A DNA stretch of 32,000 nucleotides from Candidatus Saccharimonadota bacterium (GCF_900128735.1 NZ_LT667503.1:30001-62000); one strand, 5' to 3'; positions 20,821 to 28,908 are shown, numbered from the stretch's first letter. Translations and numbers: made by a program. The notes: generated by a model from the letters alone, not told the origin.

Positions 20821-21121
20821 TAAAAAATCATTTAATATTATTTATTTTTTTTTAAATTTTTTTTTATTAAAAATATTTATGTGATCTTTTTTTTATAAAA
20901 AACTATAATATTTTTTAATCAAAAGATATTAAAGATTTATGATTACTAATATAGTAAATAATTTTTACTATAGATTTTTATCTCTTAATTGTTTTTTATT
21001 TTTATTTTTTTATAAATTTTCTCTTTTTTTGAAAAATTTATATGTGAATAAATATTTTTTTAGTTTTAATTTTTTTTTTAAAAATATTTTAAACCTCTTT
21101 TTTTGCATAGATATCTTTTTT

Positions 21122-21156
21122 AAGATGATTTAACGGATAATAGATCATCTTTTTAT
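21122..21156 (+). terminator. Terminator-like hairpin in the gltX-fliE convergent spacer (first of two)
   Basis: An 8-bp stem AAGATGAT (21122-21129) / ATCATCTT (21144-21151) is followed by TTTAT. It contains G/C in an otherwise A/T spacer. Confidence 0.35.
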
Positions 21157-21164
21157 AAGTATTG

Positions 21165-21210
21165 CATTATGCTAGATTATATATTATCTGGCATAATGAT
21201 TTTATTTTTT
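21165..21210 (+). terminator. Terminator-like hairpin between convergent gltX and fliE (second of two)
   Basis: A 13-bp stem CATTATGCTAGAT (21165-21177) / ATCTGGCATAATG (21186-21198), with one G-U pair, has an 8-nt loop. On the + strand it is followed by ATTTTATTTTTT. It starts 19 nt beyond the fliE stop, so it may act in both directions. Confidence 0.45.
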
Positions 21211-21216
21211 ATATAT

Positions 21217-21552
21217 TTATACTGGCATATTTATAATTTCTTCATATGCACTAATTAGTTTTTTTCTGATTTGGGTTAATGTTTTTATCCATAATCCTTC
21301 CTGATTTAATTCGATACATTTATCTTTATAACCTAGATAATTTTTTTGTTTTATTTTTTTAATTTTTTCATTTAGTTTAATTTTATTTATATTTAAAAAA
21401 TTATCTTTTTTTTTATTAATTTTTTTATTTAAAATTTTATTAACGATCTTAAAGAATTGACTCTTTATTTTTTTTTTCTGATGATAACTATTTTTTATTT
21501 TTTGATTATATATTGGTTTTGGTGTATTTTTTTTGATATTCTTTATATTCAT
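21217..21552 (-). CDS. fliE: Flagellar hook-basal body protein FliE (only the C-terminal part is conserved)
   Basis: The C-terminus LTQIRKKLISAYEEIINMPV aligns with E. coli IQVRNKLVAAYQEVMSMQV. It is divergent from fliF, as in enterics. The N-terminal two-thirds is Lys/Asn-rich and of low complexity. Confidence 0.8.
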   Translation of the reverse strand: MNIKNIKKNTPKPIYNQKIKNSYHQKKKIKSQFFKIVNKILNKKINKKKDNFLNINKIKLNEKIKKIKQKNYLGYKDKCIELNQEGLWIKTLTQIRKKLISAYEEIINMPV

Positions 21553-21718
21553 AGTTGTGGTCCGATAACTTTTTAAAATAACTTATTAACTTTTATAGTC
21601 ATTAATATTTTAAAAAAAATGATTATTTTTTTATATTATATCTTTTTTGTATTTTCTTACAAGTTCTACTCTAAAATACAGAAAAATTATATGAATATTT
21701 TTAGGATAGGTAAATTGA

Positions 21719-23419
21719 ATGAAAATTAAAAATAAAATTGTTACAACAGAAAGCACTAAATATTGGAATAATATTTTTCTTTATTTTTTAAAAAATTTTC
21801 AATTTTTTATGGTTTTTTTTTCTTTTTTTTTATCTTTTATAATTGTTTTTATTTTATGGTTTAATAATATTCATTATTCTGTTTTATATGATCATTTATC
21901 TAATCAAGATGAATTTTGGGTGGTTTCTCAATTGCAATCTATGAAAATTCCATATAAATTTAATAATATTTCCGGGTCTCTTTCAGTTCCTGAAAATAGG
22001 ATACATGAATTACGTTTTAAATTATTGAATAATAACTTAAATAAAGAAAAAATTTATGGTTTTGATTTTTTAAATAATGATAAATTTAATATCAGTCAAT
22101 TTAATGAAAAATTAAATTATCATAGAGGTTTAGAGGGAGAATTATCAAAAACATTAATGAATATTTTTCCTATAAAGTATGCACGTGTACATTTATCGTA
22201 TCAAAAAAATAATGATTTTTTACAAAAAAAAGAGATTCCATCAGCGGCAGTAGTAGTGACTTTATATCCAGACACTTACTTAAAAAAAAATCAAATTGAT
22301 TCTATTTCTTCTCTTATTTCAGGTAGTATTTCTCATTTATCTGCAGATCATATTGTAATCATTGATCATAATGGGAATTTATTGAATCAATTATCTTTAA
22401 ATTTAAAACGTTTTTTCAATAATGATATAAAAAAAAAGGTTGATTTTTTAAAAGATTATTATCTACATCGTATTAACGAAATTTTAAGACCTCTTTTAGG
22501 ATCAAAAAATTTTATTATTCAAATAAATCCTCATATTATTTCATGTCAAGAACGTCGTAACATTGTATATAAAGACAAAAAACATAATAAAAAAATTCCT
22601 GATTTATTAAATTTAGTACCTGAATATTTAAACAACTTAGGCATTACAAAAAAAAATAATTTTTTGAAAAATGTTTCTTCTCATATTTGTTCTAAAAAAA
22701 TTAAGCCTATTGTTACTGGAATGCGGAAAAATATTAATTCTCAATCTATCAGAAAAATTTTTACCGTCAATAATAGCATTCCGGATAAAAAGATATTAAA
22801 ATTAAGAAATAGTAATAATAATTCATCTCATTTTTTTGGTATAAGAAAAAAAAATATAGAAAAATATAATACTGATTTTTATCCACGTACTTTTCGAAAT
22901 TCATTGATTAGTTTTTCTGTTAGAATTTTAGTGAATTATAAAAAAAATAGCTTAGGAAAGTTAATACCATTGACTGTAAAAGAGATAAAAGATATTACAA
23001 ATATGACAAAATCAGCAATGAATTTTTCAAATCAACACGGAGATTTTTTACAGATAATCAATATATTATTTTTTACTTCTAAAAAAGATATTCATATAAA
23101 TTCTTTTTTATTTTATAAAAATTTGATTTTTTCTTATAAATTTTTTATTATTTTCTTCTTCTTTTTTGTTTTTTTCTTTATTTTAATGCGTAAAATTATT
23201 GAGCGATATATAAAAAATAATAATATAGTTAAAGGTTTACCTTTTTACAAAGAAAGATCTTTTTCTCAATCAGATAATTCAAAACAATTATTTTCTATAG
23301 CACTAAGAAATAAAAATATTTTATTAAATTCAAAACATTTTTTTAATAATAAAAAGAAATTAGATATTGACCCTAAAATTATAGCTAAAGTTATTCGTTT
23401 ATGGATGAAAAATAAATAA
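21719..23419 (+). CDS. fliF: Flagellar MS-ring protein FliF
   Basis: VSQLQSMKIPYKFNNISGSLSVPENRIHELRFKL aligns with E. coli VAQLTQMNIPYRFANGSGAIEVPADKVHELRLRL. FNEKLNYHRGLEGELSKT and ARVHL also match. The C-terminus DPKIIAKVIRLWMKN aligns with DPRVVALVIRQWMSN (the FliG-binding tail). There are two TM segments. Confidence 0.9.
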   Translation: MKIKNKIVTTESTKYWNNIFLYFLKNFQFFMVFFSFFLSFIIVFILWFNNIHYSVLYDHLSNQDEFWVVSQLQSMKIPYKFNNISGSLSVPENRIHELRFKLLNNNLNKEKIYGFDFLNNDKFNISQFNEKLNYHRGLEGELSKTLMNIFPIKYARVHLSYQKNNDFLQKKEIPSAAVVVTLYPDTYLKKNQIDSISSLISGSISHLSADHIVIIDHNGNLLNQLSLNLKRFFNNDIKKKVDFLKDYYLHRINEILRPLLGSKNFIIQINPHIISCQERRNIVYKDKKHNKKIPDLLNLVPEYLNNLGITKKNNFLKNVSSHICSKKIKPIVTGMRKNINSQSIRKIFTVNNSIPDKKILKLRNSNNNSSHFFGIRKKNIEKYNTDFYPRTFRNSLISFSVRILVNYKKNSLGKLIPLTVKEIKDITNMTKSAMNFSNQHGDFLQIINILFFTSKKDIHINSFLFYKNLIFSYKFFIIFFFFFVFFFILMRKIIERYIKNNNIVKGLPFYKERSFSQSDNSKQLFSIALRNKNILLNSKHFFNNKKKLDIDPKIIAKVIRLWMKNK

Positions 23420-24396
23420 TGAATTTAAATGGTATTCAAAGAAGCGCACTTTTATTAATGTCTATTAATATTGATGAAGCGGCAAAAACCTTAGAATTTT
23501 TTTCTGATAAAGAAATTAGCCAATTAATACAAGCTATGATTTCTTTTGATTTAACAGTTTATTATGATACCTCGGAAATAATAAAAAATTTTTATCAATA
23601 TTTAAATCAAAGTAAATTATCTAGTTTTGATATTACAAATAATATTTCTCAATTAGTTAAAAAAAGCTTAGGTGATAAAAAAAGTTCTATAGTACTTCAA
23701 GAATGTTTATTAAAAAAATCTATTCAAAAAAAAATTATTTTTTTAGAAACGCTAGATGTTCATGAAATTTTTTTATTAGTAAAAAATGAACACAAACAGA
23801 TTATTACCGTTCTTTTAACTTATTTTTCAAAATCGGTGTCAGCAAAATTACTATTATTATTTGACATCATAGAACAATCTAATTTTTTATTAGATATTGA
23901 AAATTTCATTCCTTTAACTACTCATGGTTTATTAGAATTTAATCAAATTCTCGCATACTTATTAAAGAAATATAAAAATTCTTTAAAGACTAAAAAAAAT
24001 ACAAGACGTATTACAGAAATTTTAAAATTATTTAATAAAAAAAATATTAAAAATATTTTACTACAAATTAAATCTGTAGATATAACTTTAGCGAATGAAA
24101 TTAATTGTATTTTATTTACTTGGAACGATATGTGTAACATAAGTAATGATGATATTAAGTTTATTATCCAAAATATTGATTTAGAAATATTATATAAGGG
24201 TTTAAAAGCAATAGATGAAAGTATAACTAATAGATTTTATAAAAATTTTTCAAAAAAAGAACATAATTATTTTTATAATAAAAATTTAGATAATAAAATT
24301 TTTTCTTTTTTAGAAATATCATTAGCGAAGCGTAAAGTATTAAATATTATTAAAGGGTTTATAAAAACAGGAAAAATTTTTATTAATAAAAGATAG
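23419..24396 (+). CDS. fliG: Flagellar rotor/switch protein FliG
   Basis: GIQRSALLLMSINIDEAAKTLEFFSDKEISQL aligns with E. coli [32 protein letters not shown], and EHKQIITVLLTYF with EHPQIIATILVHL. The start overlaps the fliF stop (TAATG at 23417-23421). Confidence 0.85.
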   Translation: MNLNGIQRSALLLMSINIDEAAKTLEFFSDKEISQLIQAMISFDLTVYYDTSEIIKNFYQYLNQSKLSSFDITNNISQLVKKSLGDKKSSIVLQECLLKKSIQKKIIFLETLDVHEIFLLVKNEHKQIITVLLTYFSKSVSAKLLLLFDIIEQSNFLLDIENFIPLTTHGLLEFNQILAYLLKKYKNSLKTKKNTRRITEILKLFNKKNIKNILLQIKSVDITLANEINCILFTWNDMCNISNDDIKFIIQNIDLEILYKGLKAIDESITNRFYKNFSKKEHNYFYNKNLDNKIFSFLEISLAKRKVLNIIKGFIKTGKIFINKR

Positions 24397-24406
24397 GAAA
24401 ATAAAT

Positions 24407-25087
24407 ATGAAAAATTTTATAAAAAAAAAAATATGGAAACGTTGGAGACCAAACTTGCGCGATGAAAATAGTAAAGAAAATAATATCGTTAAATCATTGA
24501 CAATAAAAAAAGATTATTCTTCCAAAAAAGACTCTAAAAAAAAAATGAATAAAAAAAATTTACAACAGTATCTAAAAGGGTATCAAATAGGATTGGATAC
24601 AGGTTATCAACGGGGGTGGTTTCAGGGTTTTAATTCAATTTCATTAAAATATTTAAAAAATTATGAACAATATTTGCAGATACAATTTTCAAATATTTTG
24701 AAATGTTTCTGGAAGTCGATTAATGATTTAGATAGTCAGCTTGAATTAAAATTATTAAAAATGATTGTTAAAATATCTAAAATTGTTGTTTCTAATTCAT
24801 TATTAATTAATGAAAATTTTATATTAGATAAAATAAAAAATATTTTAAAAAATTTTAGACGCACGTTAAGAAATCCTAAATTATTTATTCATCCTCAGAA
24901 AAAAAAAATTATAGAAGAAAAATTTGGTAGATTATTAAAATTATATAATTGGACATTGAGTACTGATAAAAAAATTAATATGCATAGTTGTTATGTTCTT
25001 GCTGATGAAGGCGAGATAGACGCTACAGTAGAGCGGTGTTGGAATGAAATTGAACAAGTTTTGTTAGTTCAAAAGGATAAAATATGA
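24407..25087 (+). CDS. fliH: Flagellar export apparatus protein FliH (FliI regulator)
   Basis: WKRWRPNL aligns with WKTWTPDDL, the GYQIGLDTGYQRGWFQG repeat with GYQAGIAEGRQQGHKQGYQEG, and CYVLADEGEIDATVERCWNEI with CKVSADEGDLDASVATRWQEL. It lies between fliG and fliI. It contains an in-frame A11 tract at 24421-24431. Confidence 0.82.
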   Translation: MKNFIKKKIWKRWRPNLRDENSKENNIVKSLTIKKDYSSKKDSKKKMNKKNLQQYLKGYQIGLDTGYQRGWFQGFNSISLKYLKNYEQYLQIQFSNILKCFWKSINDLDSQLELKLLKMIVKISKIVVSNSLLINENFILDKIKNILKNFRRTLRNPKLFIHPQKKKIIEEKFGRLLKLYNWTLSTDKKINMHSCYVLADEGEIDATVERCWNEIEQVLLVQKDKI

Positions 25088-26454
25088 CTTTTAAAAAAAA
25101 TAAATGGTGTAAAAGAGTAAATATTTTTAAAAAAAAAATTAGTTTTATCTCTAATTTTATATCGATAGGGTATATTATTAGTATAAATAATTTTTTAGTG
25201 AAAGCGTCTGGAATCACTTTACCTATTGGAAAATTTTGTTTTATTGAAAATAATAATCAAAATAAAGCTCCTACGATTATTTGTAAAATTGTTGGTTTTT
25301 CTAAAAAAAATAGTTTTTTAATGCCTCTTTATTCTTTAGATGGTATTTTTCCGGGAGCTAAAGTTTTTTCTTATTCATTTTTTAGTAGTACATTTTTAAT
25401 ATTTGATAAACTTCCTTTTTCATATAAATTACTGGGGCGTGTTTTAGATAGTTTTGGTTTACCTTTAGACGGTCTTAATAATATTCATACAGATGATTAT
25501 CGAGATTTATCTTCTCAAATAATAAACCCATTAAATCGTGCGCCCATTAAAGAAATTTTTGATACTGGTATTTGCGCTATTAATAGTTTATTAACTATCG
25601 GAAAAGGTCAAAGAATTGGAATTTTTGCTCGTGCTGGTGTTGGAAAAAGCATGTTATTAGGTATGATTGCCCGACATTCTAAAGTAGATATTATTGTTAT
25701 CGTCTTGGTAGGAGAACGTGGAAGAGAAGTAAAAGAGTTTCTTGATAATATTTTAGGACCTGAAAGTCTTAAAAAATCTGTAGTAATAGTTTCTCCCGCA
25801 GGTACTTCGCCATTATTTCGAGTACAAGCTATACAATATGCTACATCTATTGCGGAATATTTTTGTAAAAAAAATAATAATATTTTATTAATTGCTGATT
25901 CATTAACTCGATATGCTATGGCGTATAGAGAAATATCATTGTCAATTAATGAAATACCAATTGCGAAAGGGTATCCTGCGTCTATTTTTTCAAAAATTCC
26001 GGAATTAATAGAAAGAACAGGAAATATTTCGAAAAATTTTGGTTCTATTACTGCTATTTATACGATTCTTACAGAAGGCGATGAGTCTAATGATCCTATC
26101 TTGGATATTTCAAAATCTATATTAGATGGACATATTTTTTTATCTAATGATTTAGCAGATACTGGGCATTATCCAGCAATAGATATTAGTAAATCAATCA
26201 GTAGGGTGATGTCATCTATTATTAATTCTCGACATAGAAAAAGTGCTATTTATATTAAAAAATTAATTTCATGTTATATCTTGCATCAAGATCTTATTAC
26301 TTTAGGTGCTTATGTTGTAGGAACAAATAATTTATTAGATATAGCTATTAAAATATGGCCAAAATTAACAAAATTTTTACAGCAAGATTTTTTTGAGCAT
26401 TTTTCTTATCAATATTCTATTGAAAAATTAGAAAAATTATTAAATAATATTTAA
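25084..26454 (+). CDS. fliI: Flagellum-specific (type III export) ATPase FliI
   Basis: It has Walker A GIFARAGVGKSMLLG, the catalytic segment VLVGERGREVKEF and Walker B ILLIADSLTRYAMAYREIS. SITAIYTILTEGDE and GHYPAIDI are also present. An ATGA overlap with the fliH stop (25084-25087) suggests translational coupling. Confidence 0.95.
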   Translation: MTFKKNKWCKRVNIFKKKISFISNFISIGYIISINNFLVKASGITLPIGKFCFIENNNQNKAPTIICKIVGFSKKNSFLMPLYSLDGIFPGAKVFSYSFFSSTFLIFDKLPFSYKLLGRVLDSFGLPLDGLNNIHTDDYRDLSSQIINPLNRAPIKEIFDTGICAINSLLTIGKGQRIGIFARAGVGKSMLLGMIARHSKVDIIVIVLVGERGREVKEFLDNILGPESLKKSVVIVSPAGTSPLFRVQAIQYATSIAEYFCKKNNNILLIADSLTRYAMAYREISLSINEIPIAKGYPASIFSKIPELIERTGNISKNFGSITAIYTILTEGDESNDPILDISKSILDGHIFLSNDLADTGHYPAIDISKSISRVMSSIINSRHRKSAIYIKKLISCYILHQDLITLGAYVVGTNNLLDIAIKIWPKLTKFLQQDFFEHFSYQYSIEKLEKLLNNI

Positions 26455-26478
26455 AAATTGTTTTTTTATGGAAAGTAT

Positions 26479-26932
26479 ATGAAAAATAATTATTTAAGAA
26501 GTTTGCTATATTTAAAAAAAAAATCTCAATTGTCGATTAGAAAGAATATGTATATAATAAAAGATTATATACATAAAAAAAAAAATTTTTGATCAGATAT
26601 TACAATTAAAAAAATATTATAAAGAGTATTATAATGATTTATATAAAGATTTTTTGATAGGTATTAGTCAGTATCAAGTAAATACTTACTTCAATTTTTT
26701 ATATATGTTAAAGACAGTTATTTTAAAACAATATAAATATATCGATTATTATAATAAAAAATTAAAGATTCATTGGAAATTACACAAAAATTTTTATTTT
26801 TTTTTTAAAAAAATATGTTTTTTAGAATCATATATTTATAAAAATATTAAAAAAAATTCTATGTTAAAAGAACAAAGAAATTCTGATAATTTTATTGAAA
26901 CATTAATATATTTACGAAAAAATATTAAATAA
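26479..26932 (+). pseudogene. fliJ: fliJ (export chaperone/stalk) interrupted by a 1-nt frameshift inside an A11 tract; possibly rescued by slippage
   Basis: The ATG at 26479 (GGAAAG 5 nt upstream) opens MKNNYLRSLLYLKKKSQLSIRKNMYIIKDYIHKKKNF and stops at TGA 26590-26592. The +1 frame continues ..KKKIFDQILQLKKYYKEYYNDLYKDFLIGISQYQVNTYFNFLYML.. to 26932 and includes the 92-aa track ORF. It aligns with E. coli FliJ [41 protein letters not shown]. The two frames meet in the A run at 26575-26585. Joined, they give about 150 aa versus 147 in E. coli. Confidence 0.8.
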
Positions 26933-27102
26933 GTAATTTTTTTTATAAAAAAATTAATTAAAAAAAAGTTATTATTTTTTAATTTTTATTTTATATAATA
27001 TTGAAATAAAAATAGGATTTTTTTTGTAATTTTTTAAAATTTTTTATAAAAAATTTTTTATTTGAGAGGTAACATGTTAAAAAAAAATTTTTTCTAAATG
27101 AT

Positions 27103-28467
27103 ATGAAATTAATTAATAAGCCAGTTAAATTTCAATATCAAAAAAATTCTATATCTTTAGAAGATCAACGTGTACCTTCTTCTAATGATAATTTACAATT
27201 AAAAAGTTTTTTGTTTAATAGAAAAATTTTTTTCTTTGATGCTTTATTTCATCAATTTTCTTGTATGTTATATGATGGATTTAAAAAAAATTTTTCTATA
27301 AAATTTAATTTTCAATATTTATCTTTTAAATATAATAATCAATATTATGCAAAAAAAATATTATCTGAACAAGAGAGTAATATTTTTCAACTTGCTAATT
27401 TAAAAGAATATTGTATTTTAATGGTTTCTCATAATTTTTTTGCAATTTTTACTTATATTTTATTTGGAGATAGTGATTTAATAGCATATAAAAAAAACAT
27501 TTATTGTACAAAAAAGAAAAATAATATTGCTATCATAAATCATGTTTTAAACAATATATTAATTATATTTAATGATTTCTTAAAAAAATTTTTTCGAATT
27601 TCTATTCAATCTGTTTTTAAAAATAAAAATTCAGTAAAAAATTTTTTTAAAAATAATAATTTAGATGATTATATCATTTTTTTGTTTCAAGTTACTTTTA
27701 GTTCCCTTAAAGAAGTTATTAAAATATATATACCAAAAAGTATTTTATACAAAATTTTTTTAAAAAATGATGAACAAAATAATCTTTTAAAAAAAAATAT
27801 TAAAACAATTTGGAATAAAAAAATAGAATGTAATATTAAATCTATTAATTTATTTTTAAAAATAAATATTATGAGTTATTTTATATCACTGAATGATTTT
27901 TTTGATTTAAGAATTGGTGATATTTTTTGTATAAAAAAAATAAAATATGTATTGGGTTTTTTTGATAATTTCCCTTTGATTTTAGGAAGATATGGTATAT
28001 ATCATGGTTATCGTTCTTTATATTTTAAGAATTTTATTAATGCAGAGAATAAATGTATGATAAATAAAAAGTTTATTATTTCTTCAAAAGATAGTGCATC
28101 TAATAACGATATTAAAATTCATCAAGATTTCAGTGATAATAAAATATATAAACAGAAGATTTTAAAAAAAGAAGAAACAGGAGATACTATATCTAGTAAA
28201 AAAAATGATTTTTTAGATTTTTTAAAAAAAATGAAACCGTTTATGAATATCCCGGTTGCTATTACTATTGAATTAGGAACTAAAAAATTAAGTTTAAAGA
28301 AATTACTAAATTTATCTGAAGGATCAATACTTCAGTTAAATGAAAAGGAAAATGTTCCATTAAAAATATATATTCAAGATTATTTATTAGCTTTAGGTGA
28401 ATTAGTTATTGTTAATGAAAAGTATGGTGTTCGTATCATAAATCTTATGCAAAATTTAGCAATATAG
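27103..28467 (+). CDS. fliM/fliN: Fused flagellar C-ring protein: FliM (residues 1 to about 318) joined in frame to a complete FliN (residues 319-454)
   Basis: The FliM part aligns as follows: FFDALFHQFSCML with LEIINERFARHF, ILMVSHNFFAIFTYILFGDSD with LVVFSPSLVFIAVDNLFGGDG, and LRIGDIFCIKK...YGIYHGYRSLYFKNFIN with LNPGDVLPIEK...YGTLNGQYALRIEHLIN. The FliN part MNIPVAITIELGTKKLSLKKLLNLSEGSILQL...LALGELVIVNEKYGVRI aligns with MDIPVKLTVELGRTRMTIKELLRLTQGSVVAL...IAQGEVVVVADKYGVRI. There is no stop at the junction, and an in-frame ATG lies at 28057. Confidence 0.85.
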   Translation: MKLINKPVKFQYQKNSISLEDQRVPSSNDNLQLKSFLFNRKIFFFDALFHQFSCMLYDGFKKNFSIKFNFQYLSFKYNNQYYAKKILSEQESNIFQLANLKEYCILMVSHNFFAIFTYILFGDSDLIAYKKNIYCTKKKNNIAIINHVLNNILIIFNDFLKKFFRISIQSVFKNKNSVKNFFKNNNLDDYIIFLFQVTFSSLKEVIKIYIPKSILYKIFLKNDEQNNLLKKNIKTIWNKKIECNIKSINLFLKINIMSYFISLNDFFDLRIGDIFCIKKIKYVLGFFDNFPLILGRYGIYHGYRSLYFKNFINAENKCMINKKFIISSKDSASNNDIKIHQDFSDNKIYKQKILKKEETGDTISSKKNDFLDFLKKMKPFMNIPVAITIELGTKKLSLKKLLNLSEGSILQLNEKENVPLKIYIQDYLLALGELVIVNEKYGVRIINLMQNLAI

Positions 28468-28552
28468 GTGCCTCAGACAAAGAATATCATATAGGTAATG
28501 GTATCCTCAATGATGATTAAAAAAATTATTTTTTTTTAAAGAAAATTAAAAT

Positions 28553-28900
28553 ATGAAGAATAATGAACTGATTTTACATTTTAGCGGCGCGCTTTTTTAT
28601 GTTTTAGTGATTATTTTTTTGTTTTTTTTTATATATAAAAAAAGTAACCTTTTTCATAATATGAAAGAAAATCAATCAATATATGTTCTTAATAAATGTT
28701 ATTTAAATTCTTCAAATTTTATTTGTACAGTTAATATATATAATAAAAATTTTGTATTAGCTGTTACGCCGAATAAAATTACTATTTTATATATTTTTCC
28801 ATCATTAAAAAAAATTTCTTATGAGAAAAATCATAAATATTTTCGAAAAAAAGATAGTATATTTAAGATCATAAAAAAATTTTTTAATAAATTTAGGTAG
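28553..28900 (+). CDS. fliO: FliO-like small single-pass membrane protein of the flagellar export gate
   Basis: It sits between fliN and fli[24 protein letters not shown] aligns with Salmonella/E. coli [41 protein letters not shown] with RLVLGVTAGQINLLHKLP, and the C-terminus [12 protein letters not shown] with FQSVMKNLLKRSGR. At 115 aa it compares with about 121-125 aa. Confidence 0.6.
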   Translation: MKNNELILHFSGALFYVLVIIFLFFFIYKKSNLFHNMKENQSIYVLNKCYLNSSNFICTVNIYNKNFVLAVTPNKITILYIFPSLKKISYEKNHKYFRKKDSIFKIIKKFFNKFR

Positions 28901-28908
28901 AAAATTTA

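Noticed and set aside
20939-21133. A 64-aa ORF in the gltX-fliE spacer (MITNIVNNFYYRFLSLNCFLFLFFYKF...).
   Set aside because: It is a Phe/Leu/Asn low-complexity product of a T-rich strand, with no SD and no family resemblance. I treat it as non-coding. The hairpins at its 3' end are reported separately.
21553-21718. Attempted promoter calls in the fliE/fliF divergent spacer (TTACAA at 21657, TTGTAT at 21647, TAAAAT at 21672).
   Set aside because: The spacer lengths (9 and 19 nt) do not fit, and -10-like hexamers are everywhere in this composition. Nothing rises above background, and I could recognise no FlhDC or sigma-28 type boxes.
26468-26482. A mini-ORF ATG GAA AGT ATA TGA just after fliI.
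   Set aside because: It has four codons and overlaps the SD and ATG of fliJ. It is most simply a chance ATG within the fliJ ribosome-binding region.
28468-28552. A slightly G/C-richer stretch after the fliM/N stop (GTGCCTCAGACAAAGAATATCATATAGGTAATGGTATCCTC), considered as a lost FliN C-terminal tail or a decayed fliO N-terminus.
   Set aside because: All three frames contain stops within a few codons, and I see no alignable residues. It is probably just the spacer or ribosome-binding region for fliO.
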